The notes under the pieces were generated by a model that saw only the letters and a list, made by a program, of their open reading frames with translations, ran no database searches and was not told the DNA's origin. This document shows positions 7,837 to 19,000 of a stretch of 30,437 bases of DNA, in pieces. A program made the position numbers and the translations under genes. Position 1 is the stretch's first letter. Each line of letters starts with the position of its first letter. The DNA is from Polyangiaceae bacterium (lineage in GTDB: Bacteria; Myxococcota_A; Polyangia; Polyangiales; Polyangiaceae), in contig JBGANF010000100.1 of assembly GCA_044222475.1 (NCBI GenBank), forward strand, positions 1 to 30,437. The letters run 5' to 3'.

Positions 7837-8817
7837 TCACGGCTTCGGGTTGGCGTTGAAGAACGCGACGACCTCGGCGCCCCAGTCGAGCCCGGTCGTG
7901 CCGTCGCAGCGGAGCCCGCCCCAGAAGCTGGGGGCGGTGGGGCCGCCTCCCGGCACGCAGTGTCCGGCGTTGGCGACCAGCGCGGCGGTCGCCGTACCAT
8001 CGTGGGACACGAGATCGAGCGACGCGCCGTTCGGCCCCGCGTAGCGGTCGCGCCGCCAACCGGTGCCCGCCTTGACCGGCTGCTTCGCGCCGAGCGACCA
8101 CCCCGCGATGATCGCGTCGCGCTGCGGGTCGGTGCACGAAGCCGGCACGAGCGCATCCTTCGTCCCGACCATGTAGAGCAGCGGGAGCGCGCGCGACGGC
8201 TTGTCGCTCCCGCTGAAGGAGCAGCTCCCGTTGAGCGTGCCGGCGGGACACGACGCGGTGCCGGCGAGCGCAGGCGCTGCGGACGCGAAGAGGTCGGCGT
8301 GGGCGCAGACGAGGCGGAAGGTCATGAAGCCTCCCTGCGAGAGACCGGTGACGTGGATCCGCTTCGCGTCGATCGCGAACGCGCTGCGGGTGGCGGCGAC
8401 GGCGTCCATGACGGCGCCGTCGTCGCTGTCGAGCCACGCGGGCCCCTGGGCCACGCGGCCCGACGGCGCGGTGGGCTGGACGATGACGTAGCCGGCCGCG
8501 GTGCCGATCGCGCGGAGGTGGGTCATCGCGTCTTCGACGTCCGCGTCCATGAAGAAGCCGTGCACGTCGAGGATGAGTCCGCACCCGGCCGCCGGACACG
8601 TGGGCGGCGCCGTGACCGTCACCGCGAGCCCGCTGCACGTGTACACGTGCGTGCCGGTCGCGCTTCCGACGCAGCCGCCCCCGTCCGGCGTGCCGCCGTC
8701 GATGCTCGCTTCGGCGTTCGGGCCTCCGTCGGCGGGGGGCGTCGTGGGCGACGACGTACCGCACGCGAGCGCGAGGCCGGCGAACGCAGCGAGGATGAGC
8801 GGGTGGGACCGAAGCAC
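7837..8817 (-). CDS. Lipoprotein esterase, PHB-depolymerase/LpqC-like alpha/beta hydrolase
   Basis: Probable GTG start at 8817 with lipobox LALA-C; LILDVHG; IDAKRIHVTGLSQGG nucleophile motif; GTKD and AGH; multiple Cys consistent with an exported protein. Confidence 0.8.
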   Translation of the reverse strand: MLRSHPLILAAFAGLALACGTSSPTTPPADGGPNAEASIDGGTPDGGGCVGSATGTHVYTCSGLAVTVTAPPTCPAAGCGLILDVHGFFMDADVEDAMTHLRAIGTAAGYVIVQPTAPSGRVAQGPAWLDSDDGAVMDAVAATRSAFAIDAKRIHVTGLSQGGFMTFRLVCAHADLFASAAPALAGTASCPAGTLNGSCSFSGSDKPSRALPLLYMVGTKDALVPASCTDPQRDAIIAGWSLGAKQPVKAGTGWRRDRYAGPNGASLDLVSHDGTATAALVANAGHCVPGGGPTAPSFWGGLRCDGTTGLDWGAEVVAFFNANPKP

Positions 8818-8881
8818 GGGCGTGTCGATAGCACGGCGGCCTTTGAATGCACTGGGAATCGCGGGCACCGTAGGGTTCGAG

Positions 8882-9346
8882 ATGCAACGACGAGCTCCGT
8901 TTCGCGCGGCCGCGCTCCTGGCATGCGCGGTAGCCACACTGCCGATGGCGGCGCACGCCGACGAGGCCCTCGACCTTCACACGAGCGCCAGCACGGCGTT
9001 GTCGGCGATGAACGGCAACTCGGCGCGCGTGCGGACGATGCTCCGAAAGGCCCGCGCCGAGAGGCGCGTGGGGCAGGCGCGCTGCGTCGACGCCGCGCTG
9101 TCGCGCGTGGATGCGGCGCTTCGATCCGGCCGTGACGAAGATCGGTTCCTCGAGGCCGCGCTCGTGCGAGGCGACGTGCCCTCCGCGCGTCGCGCGCTCG
9201 CCGCGATGCTCGGCTACCGCGAGGCGACGCGCGTGGCGTCGCTCGACGCGGACGCGTGCATCTCGGTCGTCGACGTGGTGCCCGGCGACGGAACGGTCGT
9301 GAAGGTGGTGGTCGATCCGACGCTGCCGCCCGATCGCTCTCTCTGA
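8882..9346 (+). CDS. Secreted helical hypothetical protein, 154 aa
   Basis: ATG at 8882; signal peptide MQRRAPFRAAALLACAVATLPMAAHA-DE; helical body with two Cys; its stop abuts the convergent gene's stop (TGATCA). Confidence 0.7.
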   Translation: MQRRAPFRAAALLACAVATLPMAAHADEALDLHTSASTALSAMNGNSARVRTMLRKARAERRVGQARCVDAALSRVDAALRSGRDEDRFLEAALVRGDVPSARRALAAMLGYREATRVASLDADACISVVDVVPGDGTVVKVVVDPTLPPDRSL

Positions 9347-10108
9347 TCACCACTTCGGTGGGCGGCGGGAGAAGTAAGCCTCCATCGCCTCTTCGTGCGC
9401 GGCGCTCGACCAGGTGCGGATGAACGCGTCGCGCTCGAGCGGGCGAATGCGGGTGTAGCTCGCAGCCGCCGCGTCGCGGAGCAGTCGCTTGGTCTCTTCG
9501 ATCGCGCTGGGCGCGGCGGCCTCGATGTCGGTGCACCACGCGACCGCGGTAGCCATCGCCGCGCCGGGCTCGGCGACGTAGTCCACGAGCCCGATCGCGC
9601 GCGCCTCGACCGCGGTGAGCTCCTGCGCGGTGAAGAGGACGCGAGCCGTCGCCGACGAGCCGATCAGCGAGAGCAGCCGCGGGAGGGTGCCCCAGGCGGT
9701 GGTGACGCCCATGCGCGCCTGCTTGAAGCAGATCTTCGCCCGGTCCTCCGCGATGCGAAGATCGCACGCGACCGCGAGCTCGGCGCCACCACCGAACGCC
9801 GCGCCGGTGAGGACGGCGATCACCGGGAAGGGCGCGTCGGCGATCGCGCCGCACAGCGCTTCGCCGCCGTCGCTGAGGTGTGCGGCGTCCGTCTTGTTCG
9901 ACTTGCCACGGAGCTCGCGGAGATCGCCACCGGACGCGAAGCTGCCCCCGCCACCGGTGATGATCGCCGATCGTACGGTCGCGTCGCGCGATCCGGCCAC
10001 GATGGCTTGCGTCAGCTGGTCGACGAGGGTGGCGGAGAGCGCGTTGCGCGCCTCGGGCCGGTCGAGGGTGAGCACGAGGATCGAACCATCACGGCTGACG
10101 CGCAGCAT
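9347..10108 (-). CDS. Enoyl-CoA hydratase/isomerase (crotonase) family protein
   Basis: LTLDRPEARNALS, FASGGDL, AFGGGAELAVACDLRIA and EARAIGLVD motifs. Confidence 0.92.
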   Translation of the reverse strand: MLRVSRDGSILVLTLDRPEARNALSATLVDQLTQAIVAGSRDATVRSAIITGGGGSFASGGDLRELRGKSNKTDAAHLSDGGEALCGAIADAPFPVIAVLTGAAFGGGAELAVACDLRIAEDRAKICFKQARMGVTTAWGTLPRLLSLIGSSATARVLFTAQELTAVEARAIGLVDYVAEPGAAMATAVAWCTDIEAAAPSAIEETKRLLRDAAAASYTRIRPLERDAFIRTWSSAAHEEAMEAYFSRRPPKW

Positions 10109-11087
10109 CTCTTCCTCTCAGTCGGCGACCGCGCCGTTCGTGCTCCATCACCGGGTCCTTGACCTTGACCTTGCGGCCATCGCGGAGCGCGTTCTTCTTG
10201 CGTTGCAGGCGCCGCCGGAGGAAGCGCTCGGCGTGGGCGACGATCGCCCCGGCGACGTCGATCCCGCTCGTGCGTTCGATGCCTTCGAGCCCAGGCGAGC
10301 TGTTGATCTCGAGGATCTTCGGGCCCTCTCGGCTCTCGAGCATGTCGACGCCAGCGACCTCGAGACCCATGACGTTGACGGCCGCGATGGCGGCCTGCGC
10401 GTACCGCGCGTCGAGGTTGACCCGAACGCCGTTCCCGCCGCGGTGGAGGTTCGAACGGAACTCGCCCGCGCGCGCTTGCCGGCGCATCGCCGCGACGACG
10501 CGCTTCCCGACGACGATCACGCGCAGATCTCTGCCTCGCGACTCGGCGATGTACTCCTGGAGGATGATGTCCTGGCCCATCGCCCAGAGCGTCTCGAGGA
10601 GCGACGAGACCGCTTGCGGCGTCTCGGCGATCATCGTCCCGATGCCCTGGGTTCCTTGCTGGAGCTTCACGATGGCCGGCGTGCCGCCGATGAGCCGCAA
10701 AGCGAGGTGAACCGCGTCCGGGGTCTTCGCGCAGACCGTCGTGGGGACGTCGATGTCGCGCTTGGTGAGGAGCTGCATCGCGCGGAGCTTGTCCCGGGAT
10801 CGCGCGATCGCCACCGCCGTGTTCAGCACCGGCACGCCCATCATGTCGAACTGGCGCACGACGGCGAGCCCGTAGTTCGTGATCGATGCACCGATGCGAG
10901 GGAGGACCAGGTCGGCGCGCGGCGCTGGCGCGTCGCCCAAGTAGAGCGACGGACGCCCGCGCGAGACGACGACATGGAAGTCGAGCGGATCGGCGACGGT
11001 CACGTCGTGGCCGCGCGCGCGCGCCGCCAGCACGAGGCGGCTCGTCGAGTACAGCGACGCGTTGCGCGACAGGATGAGGAAGTGCAT
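10089..11087 (-). CDS. rimK: RimK-family ATP-grasp alpha-L-glutamate ligase
   Basis: ATG at 11087; ILSRNASLYSTSRL, PRIGASITNYGLAVVRQF, RSRDKLRAMQLL, GTQGIG, QEYIAES, EFRSNLHRGG and EINSSPGLEGIE match RimK. Confidence 0.9.
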   Translation of the reverse strand: MHFLILSRNASLYSTSRLVLAARARGHDVTVADPLDFHVVVSRGRPSLYLGDAPAPRADLVLPRIGASITNYGLAVVRQFDMMGVPVLNTAVAIARSRDKLRAMQLLTKRDIDVPTTVCAKTPDAVHLALRLIGGTPAIVKLQQGTQGIGTMIAETPQAVSSLLETLWAMGQDIILQEYIAESRGRDLRVIVVGKRVVAAMRRQARAGEFRSNLHRGGNGVRVNLDARYAQAAIAAVNVMGLEVAGVDMLESREGPKILEINSSPGLEGIERTSGIDVAGAIVAHAERFLRRRLQRKKNALRDGRKVKVKDPVMEHERRGRRLRGRDAARQP

Positions 11088-11187
11088 GCGCGGCAGGTGA
11101 GGCGAGACGCTACGTGCGAATCCGGCGTCGATGCAAGAGGGGACGGCCCGAAGGGCGCGCGCGATTGTGCTACGTTTCGCCGCAGGC

Positions 11188-12135
11188 ATGGTGAACCCGC
11201 GCGACGAGGATGGTCACGAGCGCCTCGAGCTGCCGCCCCTCGATGGTGAGGAGAGCGAGCCCAAGAGGTCCGACTTCGACGAGCCGCTCCCGGCGGTCGC
11301 GGACGACGGGCACGACCCCTACGACGACCGGACGGCCGAGGACGCGGCGACCGACGAAGCGCTCCCGACGCTCGAGGGCGAGTCCGTCCTCGACGACGCG
11401 CCGTCCGACATCGACGTCGACGCCCCGGCGATGATCGAGCGCCTCGCCGAGATCACCGCCGCCCCGGACGACGACGCCGGAGGGTTCGCCGACGAAGCCG
11501 ACGGCGACCTCGACGAGGGCGGCGAGACCCTCCTCGGCGACCGCGGTGAAGAAGGCTTCGTCGAGCCGGACGAGGCGCTGTCGGAGGCCGATCTTCCGGC
11601 CCTCGACGCCGACGAGGACGGCGAGGCCGAGGACGGTCTCTTCTACGACGACGAGCGAGAGGCACCGGGCGACGACCTGGTCTTCAGCGAGCGATCGTGG
11701 CCGGTCGTCGCGAAGGTACCGCTCGGCGACGTCGTGGAGGTCGCGGTGGCCGGGTCGCGCGTCGACGCGCGGCTCGTATCGGGGGCGGCGCTCCGTTCGG
11801 TCGACGGTGGCGTGTCGTTCGCGGCGTCCGATGCGCCTCCCCCCTCGCTCCCCGCGCCGCGGGGCACGTCGGTCCGCCTCCCGGGGGACCGCGTCGTCAC
11901 GATCCGGAGCGGCTTCGAGCGATGCCTCGTCGTCTGTACCGCGGAGGGACAAGCCCCGCGGATCGTGTGCGACCTCTCGATGGAGCTCGACGCCGATGCG
12001 AGCGACGTGGCGGTGCGCGCGCTCGCGTACGACGTCGGGACGACCACCCTGTGGATCGCATGTCGGTGGGGGGTCGTCGGGCTCGAGGTTCCTAGAGAGC
12101 ACATCAGAACTGATGTGAAAAGTACCGTTTCGTAA
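11188..12135 (+). CDS. Hypothetical protein: very acidic disordered N-terminal half plus a beta-rich C-terminal domain with an Asp-box-like motif
   Basis: ATG at 11188 (or GTG at 11191); D/E-rich for about 165 aa; LRSVDGGVSF; ALAYDVGTTTLWIA propeller-blade-like strands. Confidence 0.7.
   Translation: MVNPRDEDGHERLELPPLDGEESEPKRSDFDEPLPAVADDGHDPYDDRTAEDAATDEALPTLEGESVLDDAPSDIDVDAPAMIERLAEITAAPDDDAGGFADEADGDLDEGGETLLGDRGEEGFVEPDEALSEADLPALDADEDGEAEDGLFYDDEREAPGDDLVFSERSWPVVAKVPLGDVVEVAVAGSRVDARLVSGAALRSVDGGVSFAASDAPPPSLPAPRGTSVRLPGDRVVTIRSGFERCLVVCTAEGQAPRIVCDLSMELDADASDVAVRALAYDVGTTTLWIACRWGVVGLEVPREHIRTDVKSTVS
12100..12117. promoter_or_regulatory. Candidate transcription-factor operator upstream of lysC
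   Basis: Perfect inverted repeat CACATCAG-aa-CTGATGTG in an AT-rich patch, 42 nt before the lysC start. Confidence 0.5.
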
Positions 12136-12159
12136 GCAGATTTCAGTGTCGGAGGTGTC

Positions 12160-13335
12160 GTGGGTATCATCGTCCAGAAGTACGGCGGCTCGTCGGTCGC
12201 GGACGTCGAGAAGATTGGGCTCGTAGCCGACAAAGTGGTGGCTGCGAAGCGGAGCGGTCACGACGTCGTCGTCGTCGTCAGCGCGATGGGCAAGACGACC
12301 GACGAGCTCCTCGCGCTCGCCAAGGGCGTCGCGAAGGACCCGCCGCGACGCGAGCTCGACATGCTCGTGTCGACCGGCGAGCGCGTGTCGATGGCGCTCC
12401 TCGCCATCGCGATCCAGAGCCGCGGCGAGGCCGCGATCAGCTTCACCGGGAGCCAGTCGGGGATCATCACCAACGATCGGCATTTCGACGCGCGCATCAT
12501 CGAGGTCAAACCGCACCGCATCGAGGACGAGCTCGGCGCGGGCCGCATCGTGATCGTCGCTGGCTACCAGGGCATGAGCTACAAGCGCGAGATCACGACC
12601 CTCGGGCGCGGTGGATCCGACACGACCGCGGTCGCGCTCGCGGCGGCGCTGGGAGCCGAGCGCTGCGAGATCTACAGCGACGTCGACGGGGTGTACTCGG
12701 CGGACCCGCGCGTCGTCGCGGACGCGCGTCACCTGCCCGAGATCGATCTGGAGATGCTGCAAGAGCTCGCCGAGGCCGGGGCGAAGGTGCTCAACGCCCA
12801 GGCCGTCGAGTGGGCGCGCAAGGCGAAGATCACCCTGCACGCGCGGAAGACCGCGGATTTCCCCCCCGCCGTTGGGGTGACGCCGAAGGAGACCGTCGCG
12901 CGCGAGGCCACGAACGAGCGGGCCGCCGGCGCGCGCGCCGTCGCGTCGATGGATCGCATCGCCCTCGCCGAGCTCGGCGTCGACGGACTTCCGGGGCTGC
13001 TCGAAGCGCTCACCGAGCTCGACCTGCCGCTCTACGACGCCAACTCGGCCGGTGGGGAGGCGTCCGTCGTGATCCCGCTCCTCAACGTACCGGATTGGGA
13101 CAAGCGGCGGGCCGCCCTCGCGCGTCGCGCCGGGCCCGCGTTGAAGCTCAGCGAAGGGCTCAGCGTCGTCAGCGTCGTCGGCGATGGCCTCGGCGGACGC
13201 GCGGCGCTGGCGTGGAGGGCGTTCGGGCCGTCGCTCCGGGCGTTCCACGGGGGTCCCCTGCGATTGTCCGGCGTCGTCCCCGCCGCCGAGAGCCCCGCCG
13301 TCGTCCGGGCGCTGCACGAACGCTTCTGCGTGTGA
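12160..13335 (+). CDS. lysC: Aspartate kinase
   Basis: [56 protein letters not shown] and [22 protein letters not shown] before the GTG start. Confidence 0.95.
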   Translation: MGIIVQKYGGSSVADVEKIGLVADKVVAAKRSGHDVVVVVSAMGKTTDELLALAKGVAKDPPRRELDMLVSTGERVSMALLAIAIQSRGEAAISFTGSQSGIITNDRHFDARIIEVKPHRIEDELGAGRIVIVAGYQGMSYKREITTLGRGGSDTTAVALAAALGAERCEIYSDVDGVYSADPRVVADARHLPEIDLEMLQELAEAGAKVLNAQAVEWARKAKITLHARKTADFPPAVGVTPKETVAREATNERAAGARAVASMDRIALAELGVDGLPGLLEALTELDLPLYDANSAGGEASVVIPLLNVPDWDKRRAALARRAGPALKLSEGLSVVSVVGDGLGGRAALAWRAFGPSLRAFHGGPLRLSGVVPAAESPAVVRALHERFCV

Positions 13336-13338
13336 GGC

Positions 13339-14004
13339 TCACCGCGCCGAGCGCGCGATCACGAAGCGCAGGCCTCCGGCTCCGTTCGGCTGGGTGACCG
13401 GATCGGCGGGCCCGACGACGAGCGTCAACGCGCGGCTCATCGTTCGGGCCTGCGCGAGGAGCGGACCGTCGCCGCTGCGGTCGGCCAGCACCAGCACGCG
13501 CCGCCAGACGCCGAGGCGGGCGGCGACCTGGTCGTGGGCGGAGAACCAGTCGTCGAGGCGCCGGAGGGCGTCGACCGCGACCCGCAGCGCGCCCTCGTCC
13601 TCGGGCTCGGCCTCGCCGAGGGCGCGGAGCTCGGCGAGCCCCTCCAGCTCGAGGCCCATGAGGAGCCTCACCGCAGCGCGCCGCAGGATCGGCTCGCGGG
13701 CGGCCGGTACGTGGTCGATCGCGGTCGAGTAGACGCGCTCGGCCTCGCGGTAGTCGTGGCGGGCCTCTCGGATCGCGCCGAGGCGGAGGTACGCGTCTCG
13801 GCAGGTCGGATCGAGGCTGATCGCGTCGTTGTAGGCCCGCAGGGCTCGGTCGGGGTCGCCCGATGCCTCCATCGAACGTCCGACGCGGACGAGGTCGTCG
13901 CAGGTACCCGCCGCGGCACCCGACGCGAACGACATGCCCAGCGCGATCACGGCAGCAGAGAGCGCGGGGCGCACCTCTCTACTCTTGTACCGCGTCGAGG
14001 CCAC
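13339..14004 (-). CDS. Exported TPR-repeat protein, about 221 aa
   Basis: Hydrophobic N-terminal signal-like stretch; TPR-like ALRAYNDAISLDP, AYLRLGAIREARHDYREAERVYSTAI; start uncertain. Confidence 0.75.
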   Translation of the reverse strand: MASTRYKSREVRPALSAAVIALGMSFASGAAAGTCDDLVRVGRSMEASGDPDRALRAYNDAISLDPTCRDAYLRLGAIREARHDYREAERVYSTAIDHVPAAREPILRRAAVRLLMGLELEGLAELRALGEAEPEDEGALRVAVDALRRLDDWFSAHDQVAARLGVWRRVLVLADRSGDGPLLAQARTMSRALTLVVGPADPVTQPNGAGGLRFVIARSAR

Positions 14005-14097
14005 GTCAAACGCAACGATTGACCACCTCGCCGGTTGCGCCTCCCGACGCGCAGCGGAGGGACCGCGTGGAGGGGCTCGTTCGGCCTCGCCGAATGA

Positions 14098-14124
14098 GGG
14101 GAGGCGGCGCGAGCCGCCTTCCCC
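14098..14124 (-). terminator. GC-rich stem-loop immediately 3' of typA (possible terminator or mRNA-stabilising hairpin)
   Basis: gggg-aggcggc-gcga-gccgcct-tcccc, 3 nt after the typA stop; no U-tract; a second small hairpin ttcggc-ctc-gccgaa at 14080-14094. Confidence 0.45.
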
Positions 14125-14127
14125 AGC

Positions 14128-15969
14128 CTAGAGGCTCTGCGCGTCTTCGATCGCTTCGGAGCGCCGCGGGCGGAGGTTGATCTGGAGGATCTGCTTCCGG
14201 ACGCGGATGGCGTCGGGCGTGACCTCGACGAGCTCGTCGGCGTCGATCCACTCCATCGCCGTTTCGATCGACAGGATCCTGGGCGGGGCGAGCATGACGT
14301 TCTCGTCCTTGCCGTGGTTGCGCACGTTGGAGAGCTTCTTCTCCTTGATCGCGTTCACGTCGCTGTCGTTCGGGCGGTTGTGCTCGCCGATGATCATGCC
14401 CTCGTAGACCATCGTCCCGGGGGCGAGGAAGAAGATCCCGCGCGCCTGGAGGTGGTTCAACGCGTACGGAGTCGCTTCACCCATGCGGTCGGCGACGAGG
14501 GCGCCGGTGGCGCGCTTCATCATCGGCCCGCCCCAGGGATCCCACCCTTCGAACATGGTGTTGAGGAGCCCGGTCCCGCGGGTCGCGGTGAGGAACTCTC
14601 CGCGGAAGCCGATGAGGCCGCGGCTCGGGATGCGGTACTCGAGGCGGGCGCGGCCGTAGCCGGGGTTCGACATCTTCACCATGCGGCCGCGTCGCTCGCC
14701 CATGCGCTCGGTCACGACGCCGATGTAGCTGTCGGGCACGTCGACGACGACGAGCTCCACCGGCTCGTGCGGCGCGCCGTCGATCATCTTGGTGACGACC
14801 TCGGGGTTGCCGAGCTGCATCTCGTAGCCTTCGCGACGCATCGTCTCGACGAGGATCGCGAGTTGGAGCTCGCCACGGCCGAGCACGGTGAACGTGTCCG
14901 GCGTCTCGGTGTCCTCGACGCGGATGGCGAGGTTGCGGCGCGTCTCGCGGGTGAGTCGCTCACGCAGGTGGCGGCTCGTGAGGAACTTCGACTGCTTGCA
15001 CTTGCCAGCGAACGGCGACGTGTTGACGCCGAGCTTCATCTTGATCGTCGGCTGTTCGACGTGGATGCGCGGCAGCGCGCGAGTCTCCCAACCCGGATCC
15101 TGATCGACGATCGTGTCACCGACGTAGACCTCTTCGATCCCGGCGATCGAGATGATCTCGCCGGCGACCGCCTCGGTCGTGGGGACGCGCTTCAGGCCTT
15201 CGAAGGTCGAGAGCACCTTGATCGAGCCTTTGACCGTCTGGCCGTCCTTCAGGATGCCGACGGCCTGGTTCTGCTTCACGGTGCCGGCGACGACGCGGCC
15301 GACCGCGAGGCGACCGGTGTAGTCGTCGTGGTCGAGGTTGTTGATGAGGATCTGAAGCGGCGCGGACGCGTCCCCCGGAGCCACCGGGATCTTCTTCATG
15401 ATCAGATCGAACAGCGGCTCGAGGGTCTTGGAGTCGTCCTCGAGGGAGGCCTTCGCGATGCCCTGCTTGCCGATGGCGTAGACGACCGGGAAGTCCACCT
15501 GCTCGTCGGTTGCGCCCAGGTCGCAGAAGAGGTCGAACACCTCGTTGAGGACGTCGTTCGGTCGCGCATCGGAGCGGTCGATCTTGTTGATGACGACGAT
15601 GACCGGGAACCCGAGCTCGAGACACTTGCGGAGCACGAACCGCGTCTGGGGAAGGGGACCCTCGGCGGCGTCGACGAGGAGCAGCGCGCCGTCGGCCATG
15701 AGGAGCGTGCGCTCGACTTCGCCGCCGAAATCCGCGTGGCCGGGCGTGTCGACGATGTTGATCTTCGTGCCCTTCCAGCGGACGCTCGTGTTCTTCGCGA
15801 GGATCGTGATCCCGCGCTCGCGCTCGAGATCGTTCGAGTCCATGACGCGCTCGGCGACGACCTCGTTGTCGCGGAAAGTGCCTGCCTGACGCAGCATGTG
15901 GTCGACGAGGGTGGTCTTCCCATGGTCGACGTGCGCCACGATGGCGACGTTCCGAAGCGCTTGAGTCAT
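14128..15969 (-). CDS. typA: Translational GTPase TypA/BipA
   Basis: ATG at 15969; [75 protein letters not shown] and DELVEVTP. Confidence 0.97.
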   Translation of the reverse strand: MTQALRNVAIVAHVDHGKTTLVDHMLRQAGTFRDNEVVAERVMDSNDLERERGITILAKNTSVRWKGTKINIVDTPGHADFGGEVERTLLMADGALLLVDAAEGPLPQTRFVLRKCLELGFPVIVVINKIDRSDARPNDVLNEVFDLFCDLGATDEQVDFPVVYAIGKQGIAKASLEDDSKTLEPLFDLIMKKIPVAPGDASAPLQILINNLDHDDYTGRLAVGRVVAGTVKQNQAVGILKDGQTVKGSIKVLSTFEGLKRVPTTEAVAGEIISIAGIEEVYVGDTIVDQDPGWETRALPRIHVEQPTIKMKLGVNTSPFAGKCKQSKFLTSRHLRERLTRETRRNLAIRVEDTETPDTFTVLGRGELQLAILVETMRREGYEMQLGNPEVVTKMIDGAPHEPVELVVVDVPDSYIGVVTERMGERRGRMVKMSNPGYGRARLEYRIPSRGLIGFRGEFLTATRGTGLLNTMFEGWDPWGGPMMKRATGALVADRMGEATPYALNHLQARGIFFLAPGTMVYEGMIIGEHNRPNDSDVNAIKEKKLSNVRNHGKDENVMLAPPRILSIETAMEWIDADELVEVTPDAIRVRKQILQINLRPRRSEAIEDAQSL

Positions 15970-16018
15970 GATGTTGGGGCGTCTTCTAGCTGCCCGAACG
16001 CCCTCGCGCAAGCGAGGT

Positions 16019-19000
16019 TCAGCGCACGCCGAGTCGACTCCGCGCTTCCATGTACGCGTCGGCCAGCGTGAACGCGATCACGTCCTTCGCGTCGGCCTGG
16101 CGCCCGACCCACGAAACGCGCTCCTGTTCGGTCGCGGGCGCGCCGGTCATCTTGGGCCCGGAAGCCCACGCCAGCGCGTCGAGCGCAGCGCTCGGGTCGC
16201 CGACCGCGAGGAGCGCCGCGCGATTGGCGTACGAGAGGACCGCGGTGCCGAGGGCGGCGATCTGCGGCCCGACGCCGCCGATGACCTCGAGCGCCATGGC
16301 GCCGAGATCGGGATCGAGCTGCTTCGGCAACCCGCCAGCGAGGCGGCGCCCGGCTTCGGCCAGCGGTGCGGGTGCGATGCCCTGAGGTGACCAATTTGGG
16401 ACGAACGCCTTGAGCCAGGCACCGACGAGGACCGGAAGATCGGCCGGAGGCAGGCGGGCGAACGCCGAGCCGTGCAGCTGGAGGAGCTTCACCGCGCGGG
16501 TGATCAGGAAGGCGCGGGCGAGCTCCCGAGTCTCGGAGACGAGGTCTTCGCCCATGATCAGGATCGGGCCGGGGCTCGCGCCCGGAACGCAGGTCCGCCC
16601 GAGCTGGGGGCTCACGAACAGCTGCAGGTTCGGGACGCCGGCCGCCTGAGAGAGACCGATCGCGAGGCGGGCGGCTGGCTCGGACGCGGCGAGGGGGTTC
16701 GCGCGGAGCGCGCGCGGGTCGAGCGGGACGGCGGCGTCGAGCGCGGAGCCGGTGCGGGTGAGGAGCGCGCGCGCGGCGGCGGTGAGCAGCTCGGGGGCCA
16801 GGAGGTCGTCGAGGCGCGGGTCGAGAGCGCGCGCCTCGGCGCCGCGCAGCGCGCCGCCGGCCTGGGGCTCGTTCTTCAGCGCACCGAGGGACGCCTTCAC
16901 GACGTGCGCCGCGTCGCCCTTGTTGCGAAGCTCGTAGGCGGTGGCCATCGTCTCGAAGATCGCGGGCGTGATCCGCCCGGCGGCGACGGCTCGACGGGCA
17001 TCGCCAGCCGCGCGATCGAGGAGGATGTTGACGGCCGGCGTCTGCTTCTGACGGACGTAGAACTCCGCGAGGGCGCGGAGGGTGCCGACGTCGCTCGGGA
17101 ACTCGCGGCGAGCGGCTTCGAGCGTCTGCTCCGCCTTGCGGAGGTCGTGCGCGACGGTCTCGTAGATCGACGAGAGCTCCACGAGGCGCTTCTGCTTCGT
17201 CTTCGAGTCGGGGGCGCGGCTGATGAGATCCTGCTGGGCCTCGAGCGCGCGCGCGCTGTCGTTCTGGTGCTTGTAGACGTCGACGAGCTGCTCGCGCACC
17301 TCGACGTCGTCCGGCGCGCGCTTCAGGACCTCTTGGAGCGCGACTTCGGCGCGCGAGTAGTTCGACAGCTGTTCGGCGTACAGAGCGCCCAAGCGTCGGT
17401 AGATCGCGAGCTGCTCTTCGGGGTTGGCGACGAGCCGCACGAGGCGGACCCACGCCTGCTCCGCGCCCTCCCAGTCCTTCTCTTGGAAGGCGAGGTCGCC
17501 GGCGGCGGCGAGGGCGCCCGCGTGATCGGGCTTGATGGCGAGCGCGGCCTCGTACGCTTCCTTTGCGGCGCCGGGATCCCCGATCTCCGCGAGCACGCGC
17601 CCGCGGTCGACCTCGAGATCGACGCGCTCCTCGGGGTCGAGGACGGTGCCGATGCGACGCTCGAGCAGCGCCGCGAGCTCCGTGCGCGCGCCGCGCTTGG
17701 CGTAGAGGCGGGACAGACGCGGGAAGACGTCCTTGTACGTGACGTTCGACGCGGCGACCTGCTCGAAGGCGGCGATCGCGCGCTCCTCGTTCTGCGCTCC
17801 GTCGAGCCAGGCCACGGCGGCGGCGTAGTAGGCATCGATGCGGTGCTCCTCGACGTTGGAGGTGCGCCCCATGGCCTCGAGCGCCTCGGCCGCGGCACCG
17901 TGGGCGCCCGCGGCGAGCTGCACCTCCGAGAGGGCACGCCACGCGACGGTGTCGCCGGGGTCCTCGACGGTCGCTCGCTCGACGAACGTCTTGGCCTCGT
18001 CGAGCTTGCCGAGCCGCGTGGCGGCCTCGGTGGCGCGGAGGAGGAGCGTGGCGAGCTCTCCTGGACGACTGGAGCGCTCGATGAGGGCCTTCGTCGTGAC
18101 GAGGAGCGCTTCGTCGTCGCCCTTGGCGCGGGCGTGGGCGTTCCGCAGACGGAGCGCCCACAGCGTCGGCACCTTCTCGGCGACTGCCAGCTCGGCGAGC
18201 GAGAGCGTCGCGTCCCACTGATTCGCGTTCATGCGGAAGCGCGCGGCTTCTTCGGCGTGGCTGAGCGCTTCACCGGCCGTACCTTTCAGGTACTGCGCGA
18301 TGCTCGCGAGGATCGGCTCGATCTCGTCGTCTCGGCGACCGTCGATGAGCGCGTGCTCGACGTGGCGGAGGCTGGGCGCGTGATCGGGCGTCTCCTCGAG
18401 GATCGTGCGATGCCAGAGGAGCGCGCTGCCGGGGTCGTTGCGCGCGTCGCGGTCGAGCTCGGCGAGCCGCTCGTACGCCTCGGAGCGGGCCTTCACCGAC
18501 GACGCGGAGCGCGCCTCCGCGAGGAGCTCGTCGGCGAGGCGCGCCGCATCGCCCGCCGCCAGCTCGGCGCGCTCCAGCGCGACGCGAACGAGCGGCGCCA
18601 CGGTCCCCGCCGTGGTGAGCTTGCGGAGGCTGTCGAGCGCGGCGGCGTGCTCGCCCTGACGCTCGTGGTCCCACGCGGCTTCGAGGAGCATGAGGTCGCG
18701 TGCGGCGCCGGTCGCTGCGGCGGCGCGCGCTTCCCGCCACGCCGCGCGATCGGCCGGCGGGGACGGCGACAGGCGCTCGAAGAGCTCTCGAACCGCGACG
18801 TCGTCGGGTCGTGCCTTGAGCGCCTCTTCGAGGCGGGCTGCGGCGCCGGCGCCGTCCACGTCGGCGGTGAGGAACGCGTCGCGAACGAGGTCGACGGCTT
18901 TCTCGAGCGGATCGGTGGCTGCTGCAGCGCGTTCGCGGAGCAGCTCGAGGACGCCCTCGACGTCGCCGACTCGCCGCGCTTCGCGCTCGGCGAGGAAGTT

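Noticed and set aside
5117..9349. Overlapping or abutting convergent stops (5117-5120, 7152-7155, 9344-9349)
   Set aside because: This is common in compact GC-rich genomes and is not evidence of a special system; it was used only as support for gene boundaries.
14005..14127. Possible structured ncRNA or riboswitch between typA and the TPR gene
   Set aside because: Only short GC-rich hairpins are visible and no recognisable RNA family motif; recorded as a tentative terminator hairpin.
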